64,000 bases of DNA, from assembly GCF_006345805.1 (NCBI RefSeq), contig NW_021836130.1:124001-188000 (forward strand). The letters run 5' to 3'. A program made the position numbers and the translations under genes. This stretch comes from Octopus sinensis. Lineage: Eukaryota. The notes below the pieces were generated by a model. That model ran no database searches. It was not told where the DNA came from and saw only the letters and a list, made by a program, of their open reading frames with translations. Positions 50,979 to 63,758 of the stretch are shown piece after piece (positions within the stretch are counted from its first letter, which is position 1; each line of letters starts with the position of its first letter).

Positions 50979-51339
50979 TATAGTTTTGAAGGTGAATATG
51001 CTCTTATTTGTGATTTATTCACAGATGTCAAGGCATTTAGGTAAAAACTAGTGCTTTTTGGAAAACAACTCAAAAATAAAAACTGTTCATTTCGCATTTT
51101 GCGAAAATTTCTGTAAAGAAAACGTTTGTAAATTTCCTGTCGAATTGGTACCCAAATAATTAAGGATTTGAAGAAACAATTTCTTAAACGATTTTCTGAC
51201 TTTAACAAGAGAAACGATGAAATAAGGTTTTTTGATAGTTTCATTCATTGAAGGTTATTTTAAAATCCTTTTCAATGCGAAGCCGAAACTATTCCAAGTT
51301 ATCTTCAACTTGAAATAATTAAACTCCAATCAGATAATA

Positions 51340-52864
51340 TGTGACATGGGCGGCTGGATACGTATGGGCAACCGGTTACATTTTTGACCTTGTAGATGTC
51401 AATTTTTAATCATCGATAACTTTGTTTCCCCTCCACTCTAGAGCCAGTCGGTCTCTGCCGGAGTGATGGAAAGCGTCCTGACGGGATGACTACCTTCCCT
51501 TTCAGGGAAGGCAAGTCCCTGATTTGGGACGCAACTTGTGTTGACTCGTTCTCTGCGTCGGTGTTACTCAAGTCCATCACTAACCCGGGTTCCGCCAGTG
51601 CTCAGGCTGAAGAGGCTAAGAGGTCGAAGTATGGAAATATTTCGGACTCTTACGAGTTTGTCCCCCTCGCCTTCGAAATCTGGAATTGTCGGCAGGTCTG
51701 CGACTCGCCTTCTTGCCAACATTACCAGGAGAATCGCCAAGAAGACCAACGACCGGAGGGAGACGAGCTGGCTCTTCCAGCGAATCTCGGTCGCAGTGCT
51801 CCGCGGAAACTGCCACTCGATACGCAGTGCGGCGACTTTGAGCTGACCTCCAGGCTCTTTATTAATTCGTGTATAACTTATTCCCCATTTTAATTAAATA
51901 TTTGTTATAAAAAAAAAACTTGAAAGAATAATGCATTTTAACAAAAAAATTAAAATTAATCATTTTTTTAGTCTTGCCATTGGTACCGTCCAAATCTCTC
52001 CTTTATCATATTTTATCTATTAAATAAAAATGATTGATTTGCCTCGACTCGATTATTTGATAAAATGTTAATTATTTCAGCGCCCGGATAGAAAGGAGAC
52101 TCGAATTTATCCATCCCTGTGTACGGGGATTGTTTGGTCTTCATGTATCTGAACTAGATTGAACTCTTCGCATAGATCTCTCAGAGACACATTCTTGAAT
52201 TCTGAACCATTATCTAATTGCAAAATTTTTCAAGGTCTATATAGGTAGAAAAATGATCTTAAGTTGTTGCATACTTCTTTTGAAGATTTATAAAAAAGTG
52301 TTCTGACAAATGCAAATCTGAATAAATGTTGAGAGACCTACTACCAACCTACTATTAACACCTACTACCAACCTATAATTATTACAAACTTTTTTAGATC
52401 TACAAGATCTAGCTGAAACCTTTCATTCGGAGAAGAAGCAAAGATATGATGATTCATATCACCAACCTAAATTAAAAATTAAAAAGAATTAAAACTTTCA
52501 ATGGACAGGCAAATTTACATACTTCACAATTTCGAATGACTTTTGTGATTTGTTTACTCCTCCGTGTGAATATTCGTGTAGAGATTTAGCTACATGCTCC
52601 ATTTCAGTTTCGTTGTCAAAGTAATACAATCTGTGCATTAATCGTAAATATAGAGTACCTTTCATTGATTATTGTAAAATTCTCGATCTTTTTTATAAGT
52701 CTATATTTTGCTTGCCTAAAAAAATCTTCCGGGAATTTATTTTCCAAAGCATCTTTTAAAATTCGATACTCTGAAGAATCTTTGACATAACCTCTATAAG
52801 AAGCCATTAAAAGGTCAAAAAAATGTAACCGGTTACCCATGCGTAACGCGTTGCCCATGTCACA
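51340..52864 (-). mobile_element. Degenerate Ginger-type transposon
   Basis: TIR TGTGACATGGGC..AACCGGTTACATTTTT; 5-bp TSD TAATA; ERFQLDLVDL and LQLDNGSEF motifs; removing it restores the hAT frame QSDNILKDKY. Confidence 0.88.
51422..51918 (+). mobile_element. 5'-truncated CRE 3' end (RLE) with poly(A)
   Basis: LEPVGLCRSDGKRPDGMT..WDATCVD..LFQRISVAVLRGN; A-run at 51909-51918. Confidence 0.9.
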
Positions 52865-53929
52865 TAATATTCTGAAAGATAAATATGAAAAACAGAATAT
52901 TATTCAATTTTATAAATATTTAAATTCTAATCAATTTCCAATTTTGAAACGATACGCATGCGGATTTATATCTACTTTTGGTACAACATACCTTTGTGAA
53001 CAAACATTTTCAAGAATGAAATATGTAAAATCCAAATATCGAGCAAACTTGTCGGATGAGCACTTAAAGTTGCTTTTGATAATCGGAACAACAGACTTGA
53101 CGCCTGATTACAATAAAATATATAAAACGAAAAGTCAGTTTCATCATTTTCATTAAAAGCTAATGTTTAAATCTTTCTTGTTATTCTGTCTTTTTAGTCG
53201 TAGTTAAAAAATTAGGAACATTATTAAATCTAATTGATTTTACACTATGGCCCACGGTCATCTACCAAATATTCTATCCGGCCCGCGTTGTCAAAAGTTT
53301 GGAGACCCCTGATCTAGAACTTGGAGCCCGTGCATTTCAAGATGGTCAGCAATAGGCAGGATTTTTGTTTCCCGATAGAGGTGGTCAATGGTGGAAGATT
53401 CTAAACGTCTGATTCTCGTTCTAAGCCCAGCATTCTATGTTTTCTCTTGTTATTTACTTCAACGTAGATTTAAACATAAGTTACTTTGTTACAAATGAAC
53501 TTTATTTACGTCGTTTCAACATAAAAAAATGTTTGCCAGGAAATTTAGTAATCATACAAGTTAATTACAGCTTTTCATTTTATTTAGTCTCTTGTTCTTT
53601 TACTAACTTGTTCAATTGCTTTTGCATAAAGATATTTTCCATGTGGGAGCCGAACGCTTATTTTGTGTTAAAAGCTACATGATCCTTAATTGACACCAAT
53701 CTCCTACAAGATAGTGAGACTAGAGTTAAATGACAAAGCAAAGGACTTCAATGAAAAACAAAATTAATAAACTAATCCCAAAAATTCCAATTGATTATAA
53801 TGATTAGTCAGCTTAAAACCTGTTTGAGTTTTGTTTGTTTTTTTTTAACTTTTTGACAAATAAATTAACTTATATTAAATTGTTTTAATCATAATATAAG
53901 TTCATAATTTGTTATAAATTATTAATCAA

Positions 53930-55496
53930 ATGGTCGACGCATTCCGTGAATATCTGCGATTTCCAACAGTCCAACCAGATCCTGATTATGGTGACATTCT
54001 ATTAAATAAAAAGCATTTTTAGGTCCTGCGGTTAAATTTCTCTCTGATTTAGCCCTTGGAATAGGGCTTCAGCCTACCGTTTTGGAATTTTATCCAACAA
54101 AGCTGATTCTTGTAATAAAGTGGCAAGGGAACGACCCTGAAGCGGAATCAATTTTACTGAATTCTCACATGGACGTTGTTCCAGTGTACAGAGTATTTAT
54201 GTGTAAATTCAAATATTTTAAGGAGAAGTGGACATTTGATCCATTTGGTGCAGAAATGGACAATAATGGGAACATCTATGCACGTGGAAGTCAGGTTTAA
54301 ATATATTATAAATGTGGTTAGGATATGAAATGTGTCACAATTCAGTATTTTTTAATTTACTGACGTCAGATATTTAGAAGCGATCAGAAAACTCATCAAA
54401 GAAGGTTATGTTCCGCGCCGAACTATATACGTCAGCGTAGTACCAGGTTTATAATTTTTATTTTATTGTTATCAGATGAGGAAATCGGTGGACTGACCGG
54501 AATGGCGACGTTTGTGAAGAGTGAGTATTTTAAATCTCTCAACATTGGTTTTGCCCTTGATGAAGGTGTTTTATTATGTCACTAAGAGTTGTAGGAATTG
54601 CATCCCCAAATGCAACGTTTTCAGTTTTTTATGGCGAAAGGACTGTAATGCGTTTGATTTTTTTGACTTGAATGATTTATAGCATTCAAATTGACGTGTC
54701 ATGGAAACCCAGGCCATGGGTCACTTTTTTTGGAGAACACTGCAGGAGAGAAGATGGTAATAAATTTTAGGTTTTAAATTATAGGCAAACTGTCTCGCTG
54801 CAGTACAATCTTTCCGCAATAATGAAAGACGAAAACTTGAAGAGTTGTTATGAAACTGTTAATTTTAGAAATCCCGGGATGAAACTGGGAGATGTAACAA
54901 CTGTCAATTTAACTGTTCTTGAAGGCGGCGTACAGACAAACGTTATCCCGGCCACTCTTTCTGCCAGTTTTTTTTCTTATTTAAGCTATTTGAAGCATTT
55001 GATTTACGATTACCTTCAACCACAAGTTTTACTGAAATTTGTGATCAGGTTTTTCCTGAAGCTGAAAAAAATGGGATTTTTATCAATAAAATTTATGTTT
55101 TATTTGAATTTTTGTAATATTTGACAGGATAGTGAACAAATTCAACCTTCGTCCCTTGATTCCCCGTTTTGTAAATCGTTTTTTTCTGCTATTGATGAAC
55201 TGTGAGTTTTAATCAATAATTGAGTTAAATTATATTTTAATTTTAAATTTTGATAAAAAACTTTAGTGAACTGGAAACACAGGTCATGATTTTTCCGGCA
55301 GGAACTGATGCAAGATATCTTCGTGGAGTACATTATTAAATCTAACAATACATAGACTGGACTTCCAGTTCTCAACTTTTCCCCGATGAATAACACCCCT
55401 GTGCTTCCTCATGACCATGATGAGTATCTAAATGTTGATACGTTTTTGCGAGGAATTAATATTTATCAGATCATTCTCCAAAAAATATCAACTTAA
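53930..55496 (+). CDS. ACY1: Aminoacylase-1 (M20 family), about 12 micro-introns
   Basis: [61 protein letters not shown] and HDHDEYL; introns include 53991-54022, 54193-54222 and 54295-54321. Confidence 0.95.
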
Positions 55497-56579
55497 TCTA
55501 ATCTAATTCTAATTTGATTATCTCGATTTTTCTAACGATAATTTAACATTTAATTTTTCTAATATTACCCACAAATGATTAATTAATGATGAAAAGAATT
55601 TGACCATTATCATTTTTCTATTTAATGTATTTTTATTTAAGAAAAAAAATTTCTACAGATATTTAGTTCATTTGAAAAATACGTCTATGAGTCAGCAAAT
55701 GTAGTTTTTTATTACAAAAATTGGTTTTTATTTAATCTATTTTATCATTAACAAAATGTAGATTAACAAATTGCCAATTAAATCATTAATAACTCTTAGA
55801 ATAATGGTCGGAAAATTAATTATCAATTGTATTAAAATTGTATAATGATTGACTATTAGATTATTTCAAATAATTTCTTTTTGGGATAAATCATAAAATC
55901 AAAAACAAAATTAGATGCTAGCTAGGTAAGTAGCTAAGAGAATAATCGAGAGCCTAAGAGTCAGCTTAACAACCCGGGGTGCGTATTTCCGTTGAGCACA
56001 GCGACCGAGAGTTGTCAAAAAAGCCAGCTTGTTCAAGTAACTTAATAGAAATCATTTAAAAATTAAGAAACTTCATAATTCTGATAAAATTGGTACACCC
56101 GTTTATCACAGTCAGATTGAAATTATTGATTTTAAAGTATATAATGCTTATCTATCATACCATTGTTAAATGTATGAAAAGGAAATAAACGACAGTTTAT
56201 GTAGAATTAACGTGAGGCGACGAGTCCTGTGAATGGGAATCTCCTACCTGCCGGATCTCAGCGTGGCGTAATGTGGTTTACCATGTTAGTTGGAACTTCA
56301 ATTGGATATGGAAACGCTCAGAGGGCACCTAATCCCTACCGAAAAAGAACTTGTAGAAATCTGACCCCAAGGGAAATCTTTTTCACAGGTCGATCGAACC
56401 TTTCCGAAGGATCTCCGTCTCTTGCGAAGTGCATCGAGGATCATGGGAATTATAATTAACAAGTTCACCCTGGTCCTTTGGTCATTAATAAATTTCTCAA
56501 AAAATTATAATTGAAACATATTGAAATTATTTATGTAGATCATGCTCACTAAATAAGTTTTTTCAATTCCTTTTGAGCT

Positions 56580-57045
56580 GAATTCATATTCTTATTAGCA
56601 CTACGCGATGTCAGTAGGCATGTGAAGTCACCTTTCTATGTTTTGTTATATTCGAGCCAGGTCGCGTAACATGTAAAGATCCTCGTTATCCTTAAAGCGC
56701 TTCTCAATTTTTTTGAAGTCCTCGTGAAGGACAGACGACACTGTTGTCTTTGAGCAGCCTCTGAAATGTATTGCGTCCAAAGAAAAGTGATCCTACATGG
56801 CGCTGAGTTTGTGCGGGTATCTATATCTATCCGGAGAATGTGACAAAACATATTCAATTTGGCCTCTAGAATCTCCTCCAAAATTGACGTGGTTCTTTCT
56901 CTCTTATAGAGGATTTGGGACGACATTTTTGATCGACTTCGCGAAAAAAGAATTAGTTGTAGCTGATCTCTGAAAAAAACAGGTTTAGAATTTTGTACTT
57001 CTGTTTTGTACAAGTTCATTTTAGCTAATATCTCACAAAGCTTGC
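56580..57045 (-). mobile_element. RTE-like LINE 3' remnant
   Basis: KLNMFCHILR C-terminal motif. Confidence 0.55.
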
Positions 57046-59861
57046 CAACACCACTGGTGTTAGGATCTCAACACTACCCTAGTTTCTGAATAGGAGTCTC
57101 TCTCCTGTTGCTAGAGAGGTGCATCTTTTATACATTCCAGTTTAGGATCTAAGAAATGACTGCCTAGTTTCTGTGTTTCCTATTTAAAGTTAGAAGTAAT
57201 ATAATTTCTTGTGGTGTCGTGTATGTCTGTTTTCACCAGTCTGCAAGCAAATCCTGAGGGCTCTCTTACAAAAGATATTAGAGATAACCAACAACTATTG
57301 GTAAGAAGCAAGTCTTCGGGGCTACATGATCCCCATGAAATTTGTGGAAACTCTCCTACCGAACATGTCTCACCCCATCTAATCCCTCTTAAATCGGTGA
57401 TCGGTGAGGAACACTCTAACGACAAAGTCAAATGGATTTCTGGTGTTGTGGAGTCAGCGAAGAGACGATTTGGCAGAATTCCTCGTGGAGGATGGAGACT
57501 TATTGCCGAATGTTTCAACGTCCGCTTTCTCACTCAAAAGAGTGTCTCTGATGTGAAAAACTTACTGAATGTAAAGCCCTGCTCTAATGGCTGTGGCAGT
57601 CGAAATAATGTGGATACCTCAGATTACTTATTGCCAAAGACAGAAATCTCCATTTATGGTAAATGCAAGGAAGAGTTTAATCTCCAAATTCAGGAACTTA
57701 AGTCAATCCCACGAAATGCGAGAATGCCCACAAAGAAGATTCCGTATAAATTGCTAAAGACTGATGTTCTTGTCGCAATTAATGCAGTGATTTCGAACTA
57801 TATTATCTTCTCCGCCTGCAAGCATAAATGAAATCACGGATATAATTTATGCCGGGCAATGCTCATATGAAAACATTACGAGGCAACCCCTAACAAAAAG
57901 CACATGGCTTGAGGATACGGAAAGAAAGATTTCCAAACTTAGAGAAAATCTAACTTTCGTTAATAAGTTTAATGGCCAGCAATCTAAAGACGAAAAAAGA
58001 GAAGACACTGAACATTTTATGCTCGTTTGGATACAAAAAATCCAGAAAGGGAGAGCTGGCACGCGTATCTAGTCTTATTGAAGATAGAGTCAAAATTATG
58101 GAGAAAAAAATCTCAACCTATCGCTCCAGAAAGTCGTTTAGACAAGATAATTTCTGTTTTGAACTAAACAGGAGAAGATTCTATCGAAGACTGAACTGTG
58201 AAAACAAAGATTCTGATTGTCAAGTCCCAGAAGATAAGTGTCTATCTTTCTGGAAGGGCGTATGGAAGAAAGAGGAGAACCGTGCTCCTAAAGCTATTGT
58301 TGGTAAGCATATTACTGGAGCTGAACAGCTTCCAAGTGACGTGAAAACTGATTTTATCAAGAATGTTATCCAGTGTGTACCCAATTGGAAAGCCGCGGGT
58401 TGTGTGACGGAGTTATGGATTTTTTATCAAAAAGTTCGAAGCTCTTCATGGCCATTTGTGCGATGAGATCCTTAAAATTGTGAACGGAGGCTATTCCCCT
58501 GCTGAGTGGTTTTACACAGGAGTAACATACCTCATTCCAAAAAATGAAAAGTGCCATTCCCCAAATGACTTAAGGCCGATTACCTGCATGCCTATATTGT
58601 ACAAACTTGTCACTAAATGTGTGAATACAAAGCTTACAGACTATATCGAAGCGTTTAACCTTATCTCGGATAATCAGCTGGGAGCTAGAAGGCAATGCCA
58701 AGGCGCAAAGGAACAAGCACTAATAAACCAGTGTGTCAATAGTGAGTATGGAAATAACTTATTTGCAACGTGGATCGATGTCAGAAAGGCATTTGATTCT
58801 GTCAATCATGAATTCTTATGTCAAGTGCTTGATCAGTCTGGAATCCGAATTGGATCACAAATTTTGTGAAAACTTTAATCAAAAATTGGAATGTCATTTT
58901 GACACTTAACAATAAGAGAATTGGAACTGTAAAATTGGAAAGAGGAATCTTACAAGGAGACTCACTCTCTCCACAACTCTTCACTCTGGTAATGGATCCG
59001 TTAAGTAGGAGCTTGAATATGAAGTTCCCGAAGGTGCGTATAGGTCAAAATGACCCGTTCACGGTTTCATATTCAACAAACCATTTGTTGTTTATTGACG
59101 ACCTGAAAATAATTGCTGAGAAAGAAGACACCGTTCTAAAAATGATGGAAGATGTCGATGAATATTTTGATGCCGTTGGCCTCAAGAGGAACTCGGAAAA
59201 GTCTGCGACTAACCTGGACTATGTGAAAGATACAAAATGTCTGGATGGGTGTGCTGGGTATCGATACCTGGGAGTCTTGGAGGATAGAGGAAGTGATGTC
59301 AAGAAAATCGAGGTAATGAAAACAATTGCTCGAAACGTGAAAGAGAGAATCGAGAGTCTTGCAAAAACAAAGTTAAGTGCAGTAAACCTCTTTAAAGCGA
59401 TAAACGAATATGCACTCTCTCTCTACAACTACTATATTGGATTGATCGACATTGAACCGAGTGAGTTTGATGCCATTGATCTGGTAATTCGTCGCATTCT
59501 AACTACTTTACGAATCCATCTGAAGCCCGCTAATAAAGAAAGATTATATCTCGGCAGAAATGGTTTTGGAAGAGGCTTAATCTCAATTTCCAATAAGAGC
59601 GAATGCATCCTGCTCCAATTTCTCTCCGACCTTGAAAGAAAAGCCTCGTTGTGCCTCAGAAGAGCAGGAATCTTGCGGGTCTTGAGAGAAAAGAAAACAC
59701 ATATGACCACGATTGCAAGATTTCTCGCTCTCAAGTACAATCTGGAAGACCAATCAAAATTGGATGTAAACCTTATTAAGGAGTGCCAGAAGAAAAGACT
59801 AATGGACACCATTAAATCTAAGATGATACATTCAACGCTGTTTAAATGCATTCAGGAATAA
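57046..59861 (+). mobile_element. R4/Dong-like non-LTR retrotransposon with 5' region and RT, 3'-truncated before any RLE; about 3 frameshifts
   Basis: NWKAAG, LRPITCMPILYK, WIDVRKAFDSVNH, RGILQGDSLSP, HLLFIDDLK, YRYLG and RLYL..GRGL motifs. Confidence 0.85.
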
Positions 59862-61169
59862 CGTTAGTAAAGTTATCTCGCTTGTTATTTAAGAGAAGGA
59901 AAGAGATTTCCAATAATCGGGACTGAGAATCTAAATTAAATAGTCTAGCTAAAGTTATATACAATTAACGTCTATTGTTAAATTGATTTTATGGCAGATG
60001 ATGATTCTTAAGTCAGTCATGATTCTGAATATAAGGATGACTTTACTTACTGATGCCGGATAACACTTTATATTAGGATAATTTTTTATACCTGAATTTT
60101 ATATTATATCAGTAGTTATTAAAAAATAGACATTCAATTAGTTCGATATGATGCCATCATTTCCATCATGCATGCCTTGTATGTTGATGCAATTAAAGTG
60201 AATTTTAATTGCTTTAACTAATTAATGACCTACCTAATGAATTTTCTTAGAAATAGTCATGTTAATAAAGCAGTGAACTAATGTGGTCGTCTTCTTATTT
60301 AAGAATCGCATCAATCAGGACTGGAAATTCCTCCAGTTAAAAAGACATGAGATTTATATGTATTATTTAGGTAGGTTAGTGATCATGGCAAATAGTCCTG
60401 TTGACACGAAAGTAGACATCGCCTTGAAAACAAGCAATGTGTTTCATAAAATATAAAAATAGATAACAATATTTGAAGTCGTGTTTACATTTAAAAACAA
60501 TTTAAAGCAAATCGAAGTAGATAAATTTTACAAGTATAATCTACTTTCTGGACAATTTGGCACAATCACAAGGCAAAAGTCACAATAGTCCTTGTCGTAT
60601 TTACATAGGATAGAATAGTGACCAAGTTATAGTCCTACATAAAAAATTAATTATAAATATCTGGACTAATGGATACATCCAATTAGTGACAGTCAAGAAA
60701 CGTTGGCGAGCATGATCGCTATCACATGCATTGCATTAAGGTTGACAACAACAAATTGCGGAAGAAGAAAATAATCTTATCGTTAGGAAAGAGTAATTTC
60801 AAGTGTCAGTTGACCTGCCGGCTTTCTTACTACAATAATATTAGAGGAGTCGGCTTTCTTACTACAATAATTTAGGAGAGGTGTCGAGACGTGATCGGTC
60901 CTCGGGAGTAGTTGTCTTATATGAAGAACATCAATTAATGATAGTTAAATTGAGTATTGTTTAACCCAAATAAATAAAATATTAAACTAAGATAATCTCA
61001 TCGAAATCCTTGTTGAGCTTAGTTTCTTAAAGACAAATTACTGAAACTCTTAAATGATTAGGTTCTCAGTCAATTTTTTTTTTCTTCGTATTGAAGAGAA
61101 ATTCATTTGATATTAAACTTCATAAGTACGAATTCTCCAGTAATAATAAATAATGAAGAATAGTTTATA

Positions 61170-61500
61170 GTTATCATTGAGGTGATGACAAAAGACAATC
61201 TTCCTATTCTAAAAAGGTATGTCACTTGTGTGGGATGCGATCTACAAAGGCAAGTTTTTTGTGTTGAAAATTATCTCTTCGGCCGTATTCCTTGCGCACG
61301 CAGGGAGCGTGTGAAAATCGACAAATATCAAACTCTCTCATATCATCATTTTTTGCTCCCGTCTTAGTTGAAGTCTTTGGAGATGCAGGAAATTTTATCT
61401 ATGACCTCAGAAGTAGGATTTCTTCGCGTAAATGTGAGCAAAGTGAATCATCATGATTCCTACAAAGAATTTCAATTGCCATTTTTCTAAAAACAGTCAA
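61170..61500 (+). mobile_element. Highly degenerate CRE RLE remnant
   Basis: SLVWDA, K..KY and FLQRISIAI in broken frames. Confidence 0.5.
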
Positions 61501-62214
61501 TTTATTCTCTTTGCACATTATTGATTCTAAATCTTAACTTTTTTCTAAAAACCTCCTGAATAGTCAAAGAAACAAACCACTCAATTATTAAACTAATCTA
61601 CAACAAAACGAATGGAATCCAAAAAGAGAGACCTCTAAAAATGTGGTTTTTACTGAAACAGCATCGGAAGAAATTGTTTCCTAATCCTGTCCGAAGAACC
61701 CGTCGAAAAATGTAAAAACGGAAAAGTCCTGATAAACCTTGAGCTTAGACAATTTCGAATGCCATTTGGATCTCCTTTAAAGCAGAGTTAATTTCAGCGA
61801 TAGCTACTGCCAACATCCTCAATGTTTTTGACATAGCATTTCCCGCAAGTTTGTACTAACTCGTTTCTCTTCAACAATCATCTGAACTTTTTGATTCAGC
61901 AATCCATGCTTAATCCAGTTTTTGTTAAATCGTACACTGATTTCATTTCTGATTTTATAGTAGCATAAAACTTTGAAGATATTAAGGAACACAAGGAATA
62001 TTATTGTTGATTTGATATTTTGTAAAACTTCAAACATATCGTTATCAGCTCAGAAATAATTTTCGAAATTTTGAACTCATTTAGTTAAAATGTTTAAAAT
62101 CTCAGTACTTTTTTTAATTGATAACCTACGAAATTGACGTATAAATTAATGCTGTATCTAAATTTGTTGAAACAAGCAGAAGATACACACCAAATTTTCT
62201 TGATTTAAATTCTT

Positions 62215-63400
62215 ATTTTTTTTTTTTTTTTTAACTTGAAACAAATTATTCTTAACGAAACAACAAAAAAACTATTATGAATGGCTCGCAAGATTGAAAG
62301 AACAATTCCCGCGTAAAACAGCCAGCGAGATCCTCTGAATGAGGATAGGAATATAAAATTCCCTCGGATCTCTGGAGCGGTGGGTGCACAAGCGGCCAAG
62401 TTTCTTGAGATGGGCAAGCGTCTTGGCCCCAAAAACACAGGAGGTTTCGACAGCAATTGCCCAAAAGCAAAATCGATCGAGTAAATCAACATATTTCGAT
62501 AGTTTTGCAAATTCGGCCTTCTCGGCCGACGAGCCGGGACGACAAGCCGTAGCAATTAGGCACCCTTGGCGAAGGAGGTCGGAACAGGGACGTCCAAACG
62601 AGCTGTTTCCCGGATTCAAAGCGAACAGCGTACAGCCGTCGGACGTTTGCATCATCAAGAACAAGGCCCGTCGGTTCCAGAATACAAGGGAAACCAGCTC
62701 TTCCAGAGCTTTCTGAATTAGACTGTTGATTTCGGGTGTGTGCCGAGGAAATCGGCCGGCGCTCATTCGACAAGACAGAGGATGTAGCCCAAAGGCGTAA
62801 ACTTTATCCCCACAACGACATGGATGAGGTCTGAAGACAGGGAGTCAAGGCGATTACAGATACCCAGACGGAGTGAATCCCTATCGAGGACAGTATCCAA
62901 AAGCGGAGAAGGGAGAACATTCAGCCAGGAGCCTGAGTATGGCGACAGGCAGATCGGAAACAAGCCAGTCTGTGTTGGCGAGGAGTGGTTACAAGTCAGT
63001 AGAAGAACGACGGCAGAGAATTTTGTCCCAGTCTCGCTGAGAAGAGACATCGGAAGGGACCTCAGAGAAATTGCCTTTCCAAAAAGCGAGGGCTTGAATC
63101 AATATCAGAGTCCAACGATGATTCAGTAGGTTTTTTCCAGAATCTTTTGGACAAGAAGATATGATCCAGAAGCCGAAGAAAGAAAGGCAGGAAGAGCCAA
63201 ATCCGTACTAGAACGGAGGCCCAGACCCCCGGACTCACAGGAAGTTTAGCTTGACACCAGGCAATATCGTCGAAATGCACATTGAGATTTTCTCCGCAGA
63301 CCCCGCGAACAAGGAATAATAAGATTCAGCATTGGGTTGCATAAAAAAAAGGTGAGCTCTCAGGATAAACAATTTTTGGGATCAAAAAAAAAATGAAAAA
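62215..63400 (-). mobile_element. 5'-truncated degenerate CRE with a long poly(A)
   Basis: QAKLPV, GSWLNVLP, LRLGI, RFPRH and QRISLAVLRGN motifs; T-run at 62216-62232. Confidence 0.85.
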
Positions 63401-63758
63401 CGCATTATATGACGGAGTATAAAATGTCAATCTATCAAGGAACTAATTTTTTCAATTAATGCAATGGAAGATGGCATTTTTCAGCATTCTCCAGAGATAT
63501 TAAATGAATTTTATAATTTTAAGAAGTTGACAATGGATCGATTAATTCAAAAGTACAAATTCGGAGCGAAAATAACGGATCATTTCCCGACAAGTAAAAA
63601 CTAAAATTGTTAATGAAATAAGAATAAACATCTTTGATTTTAAATTAACAAACGTTAGTTTTTTTCGTTAATATTAGAAACCCCTCTATCTGGGGAAACC
63701 CCTGTTTTTGGGGCACTAGGTGCCCAAAAAAAAGTGCCCTCAAAAAAGGTTTAGACTG
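63400..63758 (+). mobile_element. pogo-like transposon right end
   Basis: C-terminal AKITDHF motif; terminal GGTTTAGACTG|TA. Confidence 0.5.

Larger units (their letters stand above)
50034..53311 (+). mobile_element. Internally deleted Buster/SPIN-like hAT hosting nested elements
   Basis: TIR CAGGGGTCTCCAAAC; 8-bp TSD ATCTAGAA; LAFFVDITGHMNELN and FGTTYLCEQTFSRMK motifs. Confidence 0.92.

Noticed and set aside
57046-57180. HDV-like ribozyme at the 5' end of the R4-like element
   Set aside because: Small hairpins are visible but the double pseudoknot could not be built by eye
60819-60880. Short imperfect direct repeat of about 25 bp (also a 19-bp one at about 4349-4386)
   Set aside because: Only two copies and no associated structure; consistent with slippage
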